A DNA stretch of 61,031 nucleotides, filler included, from Circinaria calcarea (taxonomy: Eukaryota), in the NCBI GenBank assembly GCA_051942165.1. It is 8 parts of 8 records of this genome, joined end to end, with 100 filler letters (N's around TTAATTAATTAA, not from the genome) between each part and the next. Parts side by side here need not be neighbours in the genome. Positions count along the whole stretch, not along the records: positions 7,660 to 15,213 come from JAVECS010001299.1; positions 15,314 to 22,867 come from JAVECS010001300.1; positions 22,968 to 30,509 come from JAVECS010001301.1; 5 more parts are not named here. One strand, 5' to 3'. Below are positions 13,601-23,905 of this stretch, one piece after another. Numbering within the stretch: position 1 is the stretch's first letter; the number at the start of each line of letters is the position of its first letter. Under the pieces are notes generated by a model that saw nothing but the letters and a program-made list of their open reading frames with translations, did no database searches and was not told the origin of the DNA. Made by a program: the position numbers and the translations under genes.

Positions 13601-14428
13601 CGTTGTTCTAGCCAAGTTGGAGGATATCCGCGGGGTATTGCTCCCATTATCTATATTCTCTAGGTTTCGTGATCCTTTCTCATTCACCGCCGTCACATTG
13701 ACTGGTATCAGAGCCGGTCCAACGGCAGTAAACGGGATAGCCTGTGTCAAAGGTGCAAAAGGTGCCTTTGCCGCCCCAGCTAAGGGCAACGCACCTCTTA
13801 TGGCTGTGGGCAAATGTGCTAAACGGGGTCTAGTGTGCGGAGACACTTGTCCAACTTCGTTCGATGGTCCACTTGTGATCGCATTACTCAAAGGTGAAAG
13901 AAGGTTCGTTGGTGATTCAACATCAGCCTTTGAGGTCGAATTTGCATACTTTGGCGAATGAAAGAGCGGTTTAGCGGTTGGAGCCCAAATAGAAGTTGTA
14001 GGCGTCGGTACTGGTGTAGGTAAGGCTTTGCGATTGTCCCCCTCATCATCACCATCACCGTCATCACTAGCTACGTCCTCTCCCCCCAGACCAACACTCC
14101 CAACGATATCCCTTACACCACCGACCGAAGCTCTGATCCGGCTGTACAAGCCACTCAAGCCCCCCTGAAGCTCACTTGCGATTCCTTTTCCTTCAGCCCC
14201 AGAAGAAGAAGAAGGGGGAGTTGTGAACTCATTGAAGGTTGTCAGCGTCGAGGATCGAGATGCGGTACTGTGTATTTGATCTAGCGCTTGAGTGAGTGAT
14301 TCTCTGTCGGTCAAAGATACAGTCGACTGAGAGGTAGCAGATCCTCTGCGGGTTGGTTTCCTGAGTGGGAGATATGATGAAGAGGACGAAGGGCTGTCGG
14401 TCTCTGCCCGGGATTTTTTCGAGGACAT
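7660..14428 (-). CDS. FAB1: Fab1/PIKfyve phosphatidylinositol-3-phosphate 5-kinase, 3' end cut by contig edge
   Basis: FYVE domain WMRDE..CFFC..FRRKHHC|RTCGQIF..CT..VRVCKPC split by an intron at ~12935-12987. CCT-like domain (YVKLKKIPGG..GLVFTKN..GCTIVLRG), Cys-rich region and start of the PIPK domain (VREDEPSSLIAFTL..CKVFYAEQFDAVRR). Confidence 0.97.
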
Positions 14429-15213
14429 TTTGATCTGGGTCAGTTAGATACGTTTAATCAGTTGCTGTCAAAGCTACTGGATAGGCAAGCTGGCGCAGAA
14501 GCTTTGAGGTGGAACAGCGTTTGCAGACTCTCTTTTGTCCGCATACCCTCCATTGACGGCTCGTTCTCGGTAGGACCGAAGCGCCGGTTCTTCAAGCTGG
14601 TGGGCATGACAAAGGGAAGAAAGGCCTCGTGTGAGAGATTCACACGCTATGCCGGTGAATCAGCAATTGACATGTTGCCACTTTCTCGCATCATCCAGAA
14701 CCGTGCCCAGTTCTGAGGCGATGTTGTGTAACAGATTTAACTCCGCGGCTCCGTTGGTCTGCTTGGCGGGGGATCTCCTTCGCCTCTTTCCGCAGCTCCG
14801 CCCCCGCAATCGCGTAAACCTTCACACGTGAAATCCACGCGCGACAGTCCTCAAATGATGAAGTGATTAGGTTTATTTGAGGATTAGGAGTTCCGCCTTT
14901 CCAAATTGCAGATTAAAACCGCAGTGCTCTCGAATAACCAATTTGCTTATGTAGGCTAACGACAGGACCCTTACAGATTGCCCATGCTACATGCTTTTCG
15001 TTCCAAGAGGAATTGAGACTACTATCCCCACTGTCGGACAGTGAATTCTCGTAGCGCAGCTACATGGCTGGAAGATGATCACTGGTGCAACAGCCCGGAC
15101 ATTACACATATGCCATCCACAAGACCATTCATGATGTGAACATGTCCAATGCAATAAGGCCGTGGCTGTGGCCGGGGATCGAAAAGGAAGTGAGGCAGGT
15201 CTTGCGGTGGAAA

Positions 15214-15313
15214 NNNNNNNNNNNNNNNNNNNNNNNNNNNNNNNNNNNNNNNNNNNNTTAATTAATTAANNNNNNNNNNNNNNNNNNNNNNNNNNNNNNN
15301 NNNNNNNNNNNNN
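15214..15313. other. Artificial contig linker
   Basis: N44-TTAATTAATTAA-N44. Confidence 0.99.

Positions 15314-15358
<45 letters not shown>
15314..15358. repeat. (GA)n microsatellite at contig start
   Basis: Uninterrupted GA dinucleotide run. Confidence 0.95.
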
Positions 15359-15359
<1 letters not shown>

Positions 15360-15653
15360 AGGGAGAGGGGGATATTTGTTTGGGGAAAAAGGCGGGAAAG
15401 GGGTATGGAGAGAAGGATAGGAAATCCTGAAACATTTCACTAACACCGGATGCGTTACTTGTGTTTTTGGTGCCTTGAAAACCCCCATAGCAGTCAGATT
15501 TGATTCCACAAATAGATAACTACGTTTCAATTGTGTAGCTTTTCTAGTATCTAATGTGCCCAGTCGTTGTTCAACGTGAGGAATTAGCTAGCTATGTCCG
15601 AGACTATTAGACTCGCATTGCCGTTGTAGGAGGAAGGGGATGTTTTCACATAT

Positions 15654-16592
15654 TTATTCGTCATCTTCGTCTTCGGATTCTTCAATCGTAGTTTGTGCAA
15701 TCCCTATACGATTAAATAATCAGCCAACTTGTCAATTGTGCAACAAACCCCCTTTTTCTCTACGGATCGCATATCAACAGCTAGTATTCTCAAATCCACC
15801 AAGAATGTAGAGTTTTCCACTTACGATCCAAATCCCTCCTTCCACTTTGCGTAATCCTCCGGCCCCCCTTGTCCTCATCCTGTTCCAGCACACCAATCTT
15901 CTCCAACGCCTGCATCACCTTCCTATCTACACTGCCGCTCGCGTCAACGTGGTGGCTGGGCCTGGAACCGCGGTTCTTGGTGGAGCCATGGACTTTTCTA
16001 AGACGGCCAACGCCAACGGTTTTGCGGAGGTAAATGTGTCGGGCTACAGAGGCGGCGCGGGTGTAGAACCTTGTGGAGAAAGTGTGTTAGTATGAATTGA
16101 GGGAGTGAAATGACATGTCAAAACTTGAAAGCGCGAAGGATATGGATCATAGGTGGAGAGACATACCAGTCGATGGATTGTGGGGGAAGTTCATTCGAGT
16201 GAGAGGTTTTGACTGTGTCGACCCAACCTATGCTCGCAAACGAGTTATAAATCTATAACCATTTCGAATCTGTTCCGTCACGACATATCCCTTCCGTCTT
16301 GTGCAGACATCCACAAGGAGCGTGGCTTAGACGAACCTGGAATTGGTAGCTTTCCTTGTCTCTTCAGGAAAGCCGAGTATGCGTTAATGAACTTTTGCGC
16401 CTAAAGAAATTGGTGCATATCAGTCGCTATTCGACTGTCATAGTTCACATTGCAAAACCTCCACTGCCTCGTCTCGTTATGGGCATGGTGTTCTGTGATG
16501 GCTGCTCTGATTCTGGTTTCGCTGTCGCCGTCCCGTCTTGAGTCTGGAGGAAAACTCACATCCACGTCACGAACACTGACGCCTCCAGGCAT
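15654..16592 (-). CDS. RPS19: 40S ribosomal protein S19 (eS19), 5 exons
   Basis: Exons 16592-16560, 16400-16337, 16227-16167, 16069-15824 and ~15703-15654 give [82 protein letters not shown]. Confidence 0.96.
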
Positions 16593-16818
16593 GATTGATA
16601 TCTCTGTTGGGTCGCGATCAACTGGTGGGGTACGGTGTCTCTACTTGAAGTTATTGCTCTCGAGATACAAACTTTGAAACTCAAGGATTGGTCTGTGGGT
16701 GATGCACTCGCTTATCGTATGGTGGCAGCGGAAAGTCTGGAGCAATACCCAAATTTACCGAAATTTCTTAGTCATGCCCACCAAAATTTCGGCCTGAGGG
16801 GAGAAATAGAACGGGGTA

Positions 16819-16984
16819 CCACCAGGTGTTATGGCGCGACGCCATACCCTGGGGAGCCAAGTGCCGGAACGGAGGAACTAGGAGCCGGGTGCTCCCAGGA
16901 AGGAGCATCGGAGCAGGCAGGACACGTGATATGCTCCGGGTGCTCCCGTCGGTTCTGCTGTGAGCAGAGGGAGCCACGGGAGCA
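16819..16984. repeat. GC-rich multi-hairpin element with clustered GGAGC/GCTCC motifs, function unknown
   Basis: Four stem-loops in ~165 bp, nine GGAGC/GCTCC pentamers, and the direct repeat CCGGGTGCTCCC twice. Confidence 0.7.
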
Positions 16985-17444
16985 ATTCTATTATATAGGT
17001 AGGCTATTCCCGTTCATTGGAATAGCATGCTTATAGCCATTCATGGAACAACAATAAACCAATATTACGTTCCTAGTAATCGTGCACACCGGAGTGACTC
17101 TATCCCTTATACGCCACCAAGTAGTTTCGATGTCATTCGTTTGTTTCAAGCGGCACGACAGATACTCAGCCTCGTAATTGCTGCACCCATTGAAATTAGG
17201 TATCCACAAATTGCCAACAAAGCAGACTTGAGATATGTTCCCCGCACTCCCAGAATCAATACCTAGTGGGCCCCATACCTAAATACTCAAGGCTGAAACT
17301 CGGTTCCAATGTCCTGGAACGTTTCCAGGGTCAATCGGGGGCCCAGAGTAACTCAATCATTTATTCTATCTCTGTCAAACACTATATTTTGCGCAAGCAA
17401 CAGCTTGAACTGACTTGCAAGTCCAGATATCCACGCGGTAAAAG

Positions 17445-19116
17445 ATGGATTATAACAGCACAATTCGCCGACATGTATCAATCATGTCTGCATTTGAGAC
17501 CGTTTTCCTCATCGCTTTTATTTCTTTTATATTCAAGCTCTACCGTGCCCGAACCGCAATACTTAAGTTGAGGAAGCAAGGCTTGGTATGACCAGCAATC
17601 ATCATAAAGGACAATGGGGCGGCTAACACAATTTCAGCCGATGCCACCGTATAACCCCGTCCTTGGTCACCTCCTCTTTTGCTACAAAATTACTTCGGGA
17701 TTACCTAAGGATGCCCATCCGAATTACCTGCCAGATATGATTCGGCGCGCGATGCCGGACCTTGGTCCAATCTATTACCTTGATACCTGGCCTTTTGGTC
17801 CTCAAATGCTCGTTGTGGCTTCTCCTAACTCCTTATATCAAGTCACGCAAAAACACTCTCTTCCTAAATACCACGCCATGAAAAGCTTCCTACAACCGAT
17901 TACAGACGGGCTAGATATTGTCACAATGGAAGGGGAGATGTGGCGAACCTGGAGAAACATATTCAACCCTGGATTCAGTGCAAGTCACTTGATGACTTTG
18001 ACTTCTGGAATAGTGGATGAAACGGCGAAATTCTGTGATATGCTGCAAACGTACGAGCAAAATCAAAATATCATTCGGATGAAGGACTTGACCGATTTCT
18101 TAGCCCTAGATATAATTGGAAGAGTCGTTTTGTAAGATTCTATGAACAGAAATATTCTGCAGATATTAATATATATTAGAGACACGCAGCTGCATTCACA
18201 AAAACAACACAATCCATTAGTTGACGGTTTGCGTATGCAAATTCGTTGGTTAACATTTGGAACTGCTGTCAATCCATTCGTGAGATTCAATCCTCTTCGT
18301 CCTTTTATTCACCGCTACAACGCTTGGCGAATGGACCACTACATCTCTCGCGAATTCGACAATCGTATGACCGATTTTCAAAATGCTAGGCCAACCAAAT
18401 CCATAATGGACCTGGCATTGACCGCATATCTCGGTGAGAATTTGGAAAAGAACGTGGCACAAGGGATAGATAAGACCTTCAAGAAATTTGCGATGAGCCA
18501 GATAAAGCTGTTCTTGTTTTCAGGCCACGATACTACTAGCAGCTCTATCTGTTACCTTTTCTACGTCCTGTCTCAGAATCCATCAGCGCTCAATCGCATT
18601 CGTATCGAACATAACAGAGTTTTTGGCTCGGATCCTACCATGGCTGCTTCTCTCATTACTGAGCATACGTATCTGCTTAATCAGCTGCCTTACACACTTG
18701 CGGTTATTAAAGAAACGCTTCGGTTGTATCCTGCTGTTTCAAGTACTCGTGCTGGAGAGCCTGGGTTCAATGTAACGGACGATAATGGCCGTCAATTTCC
18801 AACCAATGGTTTCTTAGTGTGGGCTAACCCTCAGACAATTCAACGAGATCCTGCCTACTGGCCTCAGGCCGATGAGTTCATACCACAACGCTGGCTTGTG
18901 CCTCCCGGTGATGTTCTTCATCCAAGCAAAGGAACATGGCGTCCCTTTGAATACGGGCCACGGAATTGTATCGGTCAAGAATTAGCTATGATAGAGATGA
19001 AAATAGTTATGGTTATGACGCTGCGGATTTTCGATATTCGGTCCGCGTATGAGGAGATAGACGGTAAAGGGCAAAGTGGGAAAATCAAAACCGTGTATGG
19101 GGAGAGAGGTTATTAG
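17445..19116 (+). CDS. Cytochrome P450 (StcS/VerA-like), probably shortened at the C-terminus by premature stops
   Basis: Exons 17445-17585, 17638-18131 and 18180-19116. N-terminal TM anchor, PMPP hinge, I-helix LFLFSGHDTTS, KETLR (ExxR), FIPQRW and heme motif WRPFEYGPRNCIG. The frame continues past TAG codons at 19114 and 19129 to TGA at 19171-19173. Confidence 0.9.
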
Positions 19117-19174
19117 ATTGAGAGGGCCTAGCTGAGTGCTGATCTTCTTTGCCGAATAGCTAAAGTTAATTGAG

Positions 19175-20200
19175 ATAGATTTTATTGAGCAGTATGTGTG
19201 GTGGCATGCATGTATTACTATGTGTGTAACTAGCTAAGCAAACTATGTAGCCATACATGCTTTTATGGGTTGCGTAGGAGGTGTTTGAGCATGGACCTCG
19301 CGTAATAAGTAAATCGCACGTGACTCACTACGCCCTATTCCAACTGATTTTAATTATCAACAGTAAAGCGCTCTGCTTGACAGTGAGCAAAGAGCAATCG
19401 AATAAAACGAGCAAGTCGCTGTTTAAAAAAGATAAGTAGGATAGAGCTACATATTAAATATTACAGCGAATATCACGTAGTAATGGCGGGATCCCAGATA
19501 CATGGCATATATATTCAGTTGTAATATGATAGGTAACATGCCAGAACAACATGCAAAGACTAAATTCATGGCCGTAAGTTTATATCAGGCCAAAAAAACT
19601 CCGCATATATGAGGCATGCCTAGTGCTGCAATATACTGCTATGCGTTCTGCCGGCCTACGTTTTAGGATTTTTCGCCGGATATGACAGTGTCGTTTCCAA
19701 AATGCCAAGTCTCCGACTGACCACCGTGGATAATTGTCCTCATGCCTGTCAATGTTGCCGATGGAATTATTACATCAGCTAGGCCTTTGCTCTCATTCGC
19801 CAAAGCTTCTCCGCCTTAGTTCTGTTCCCGTTTCATTTCTTCAATCCCTCGGGCCTCAGCTCTCTCCCCCACTCGCTCGCCGTCCCTCTTCCTTCGCCGC
19901 CGCCTCCGCGGTGTATTACACATCACACTAATACTTTTAGACCTTGGCGATCCACGTCTTCGTCTCCTTCCACTTCTTACGCGCCTCCCTGAGCGTAAAA
20001 TGCGAGATTTTTACATTATAATAGGCTGAACACCTTAAAGTTTGAAAGGCGGGGTATAGTATTTTGGTCGTGCGCGTATGGAGGACGCGAGCAAGAGTTG
20101 GACTATTAGGAGGACCGATGATCGAAGGCGAGCGAAGCGGGTGGCTATCGGCAGTGGTTATTAAGGGGATGGCTGGGTCAAGGCAACAGGCTTGGCTAAA
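19175..20200. mobile_element. Possible degenerate (RIP-like) repeat relic
   Basis: AT/TpA-rich tract with recurrent CATG(C/G) motifs, followed by a stop-riddled charged reading frame on the minus strand. No recognisable TE domain. Confidence 0.3.
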
Positions 20201-20667
20201 TCCTATAGCTCACCCTCCAGGCTAGAAGCAGAAATGGAAAAATAATTTTGTTGTCCTGTCCATCTGTGTATGTCCTACTTGGGAAAGCAGTAACTGCTTT
20301 ATCGAGCAGCCCCAGGTTGACATCAATCTGGAGAGCCCCATTTCAATTGGCTACACTAAGTCATGAAGTAACAGGCACACTTTGCAAGTACTCTATCATC
20401 CATCTACCAAAGACCAAAGACTCCCGTCGTCACGTTTGCTCATGCCAGAGTGAGTTGGGTGTTTGGCCTAACTCGATTTGATTAGCTCTTCTACGGAAGC
20501 TCTCTTCTACATGAATGGCAAGTTTCTGGAATATTCGCGCCACCGCAATAATTATTCAGACGTCACTGCTGTGCCATCCCTCATCGTGCCTTTTCCTTCT
20601 TACAGAAACCGACTATCTGATTCTCATCTCGACTCTACCCTGGACTGATTAAACCATCACCAGCATT

Positions 20668-21866
20668 ATGGCGTGTGCGATCCGTCGGCCCTTTGCTATA
20701 GCATCAGCACTCAGGCAAGTCTCAAAATCTACGTTGGTAGTCAACCGCGCATTCCACCAGGCCTCGCCCTTCAAACCCGCCAACACCATTTTCACTTCAA
20801 AGCCCACTGCACCCATCACCGCCATCGCAAAGTCTAGGAATGCCTTTCAACGTACCTACATGCAGCCTGCTGCTCCTATAAGCGGCCCCAACACCGGTAA
20901 CTTGAAGCAGCGCCTCATCTATGGTGCTGGCATCTTCGGCGGTACGGTTTTGGCCATCAACCTTGTTTTCAACCGCGAAACCCGAGAAGATGGCGGCATG
21001 CCTCCATTTGAGCGGGAATTCTTAAATAGTGTTTTTGTGCATACGGGTTTAGGTGTAGGTATCATCGGCGTGGCTGCCAGTGCCTTGCATCGAAGCGGAT
21101 GGAGTTACAGGCTGATGTCAATGAACCCATGGCTGGTTATTGGCGGGAGTTTGGCCCTCAGCATTGGAGCTATGTATGGCACGTTTAACACTAACCCAGA
21201 CAAGTGAGTACTCGTTTGAGCTACCCCCAGATGGGTTTGTTAGATTACCTTGCTGACAACCAACTTATAGTTATGTACAGAAATACGCACTCTGGGCAGG
21301 CTTCAATGTGATACAAGCTGGAGTACTCTCGCCTCTTATGTTTATGTCACCCGCCATCCTCGCACGTGCGGGTCTATACACCGTTGCTATGATGGGTAGT
21401 ATCGCCTTTGTTGGAGCTACAGCCAAGCAAGAGAAAGTGAGCTGATGCGCCTATCTGTGTTCATTATTGGCTTAATTAACCGTTTCCTTTTTAGTACCTC
21501 TACCTAGGTGGACCATTACTCGCGGGAGTTGCCCTGGTCGCTGTCTCCGGTCTTGCTCCCCTGGTCCTTCCTGCCACCGCCGCAAGAACACTGATGTGGA
21601 CGGAGAATATCTGGCTTTGGGGAGGCCTTGCCGTCTTCGGTGCCTTCACCCTTTATGACGTCCAGAAAATCCTACATCATGCACGACTGGCAGAGCGAGG
21701 ATTGATAAAGAAGGACGTCGTAAATGAATCTATCTCACTAGAGCTTGATTTCCTCAACATATTCATTCGGTAAGTGATAAACCCACTCTGTGGGGTATTT
21801 CATTGCTAACGTTCCCTTTCTAGGATGGTCCAGATATTGGGAATGTCGCAAAGGAGGAAAAAATAG
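20668..21866 (+). CDS. Bax inhibitor-1 family mitochondrial protein (GHITM/MICS1-like), 4 exons
   Basis: Exons 20668-21203, 21271-21436, 21495-21769 and 21824-21866. Presequence-like N-terminus; AILARAGLYT..FVGATAKQEKYLYLGGPLLAG..FTLYDVQK..DVVNESISLELDFLNIFIRMVQIL. Confidence 0.92.
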
Positions 21867-22867
21867 GAGAGAATCTCACTCTTGATTTATGAAATTGGTA
21901 TTGGAGGTGGGATATGAGATCGATTTGCATTGCGCCAGGCGTCGGTATTGGGTTAGGTAACCTTAACATTAAATAGTCACATCCCAGCAGTTCTCGGCTC
22001 TCCTCTCAAGACCCGAAAATAAGTTTTGCGCTATGTACGGCCCTTTTCCCTGCCACTTCTGGCGCTGCAGTCCGTTTGTTATAGACTACGCTACTTTCTA
22101 TTCCGATTCCTGGTTTATCTGTACTGAGGGAATCAGTGACTTCCTTGAGGCGTCCATTCTACTAAATCCCCCCAGACAAGGTCCGTGCGCTCGAGAGTGT
22201 AGTCCATCACCGGTGCATGCCTCCCACATACAAATCTGCTAATCATCACAGCCTGCCCATTTCCTACCTGCAACCTTGTATATTCCGCCATCTTGAATCT
22301 CCTAATTGTTGAACAAAGGCTTGTGGGCATGCATAAAATAAAGATTGCTTGCATTTCCATGTGTGCGTGCTCGTCTTTTATGCTGCTAAGCCCAATCGGG
22401 TCTACAGAGTGAATTCCAACACCAATTCTTATGCAATCCAGATAGAGTAGCAACCTGGCCAAGTGCTAATAGTGCGCCAGCAACCCGATACGTCCCCGCA
22501 GTTAGATGTCTGAAACTCTGAGTGCATATGCTTCCTTCTTGTTCTCCTTACAGATGATATCTCACATCCAGGCACCCTTTACCCAAAATCCAGAATATCG
22601 GGCTTTGCCAGCTTTCCCTGCTCTTGACTCTGTGTGTTCAAGCTCAGGGTACGGGCGCCGTCTCTGAAATTCCTTCCGTTTGGTCCGTTTCTTTTCCAGT
22701 GGTCGAAAGGCGCGGGAAACAACCAAACCGGTGAATTTTCAACTCCGGTTTTTCATGTCCGAGGGCGCCTGACCTTCCCCACGCTTGTGATTGGCTGTTC
22801 GTCGAAACAGCTACACAGCCTGAAACAACTCACACGTCTCGCACTGAGCTTTTGGGGGGGGGGGGGT

Positions 22868-22967
22868 NNNNNNNNNNNNNNNNNNNNNNNNNNNNNNNNN
22901 NNNNNNNNNNNTTAATTAATTAANNNNNNNNNNNNNNNNNNNNNNNNNNNNNNNNNNNNNNNNNNNN
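22868..22967. other. Artificial contig linker
   Basis: N44-TTAATTAATTAA-N44, preceded by a poly-G run. Confidence 0.99.
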
Positions 22968-23905
22968 GTGGAAAAAAAACCAAAAAGATTTTGGTGGGGG
23001 GGGAAAAAAATAAAAAAAACCCCCAAGAATACAGAAAGAGGGATTTAGAACGAGAGAAAAAAAGAACGAGAGAAAAAAGCACGGGAAAGGGCCCCTATAG
23101 TACGGGCCATGTATGTATTTATAGCTTCGTTGCAGCCATTCTGGCCGCATACCGATGGGATCATCTTACACCGAATCTGAATACACATCCACATCCTATC
23201 CTATGTACTTGAGAGCACGGGCACGCCTTTTTCATTACGTGACAGGAGGGGGGGGGGGGGGTTTTGCTCCGTATACAAAGAAGAACAAATATTCTCCCTC
23301 TATTTTTCTCCCTCCATTTTTCCCCGAGGTAGGTAGCTAGCTGGATAGGTGAGAGAGAGAGAGAGAGAGAAAGAAAGAGAAATGTTCACATGTACAGATG
23401 GTTTGAGAGGAATTGGTTTTCTGCCGAGCAGCGCAATATGTATGTATGGTGTGGCATTTGCTCCCCCCAAGGATGTGTGTAACTAGGGGAACTACTGATG
23501 CTACCAAAAAGAACGCTTTTATCGCGTGTGTGTGGAGGGTGTAGAGCATGGACCACGCATGACCCGTGGGTAACACGTGAATCCGGTAAGCCCCTATGAC
23601 TTACTTCCAAGATAAATTTCTGTTTTTCTCAAAGAAAGGTTCACACAGTATTTTGTAGGGGACCTTTTCCCGAGCTCCCAATATATTAAGATTGCTCAAC
23701 TGGACGAATTTTTTGAATTCTCATGCCGAGATTGCCAGCGAGCGGATACAATTTTGCCCGTTTCCCTTTTCATTTTCCATGAACCCTTGAACTGGTCACG
23801 CCGGTACCAAAGCTAGGCTAACTTCAACCCTGACCCCCCAAAGAAAAAAGAGAAAAAGAGAAAAAAGAACCTGTTGTTTTTCCCTCCAAATATCACAAAT
23901 CACCC

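Noticed and set aside
19317..19327. Overlapping CACGTG and TGACTCA sites; also TGACGTAA at ~33351 and TACGGAGTA-type words at 5636 and 48113
   Set aside because: Short motifs with no supporting context; the first lies downstream of a gene within a degenerate tract.
22133..22867. Possible 3' exons of a gene entering from the contig end
   Set aside because: No convincing reading frame or splice pattern; probably UTR or intergenic sequence.
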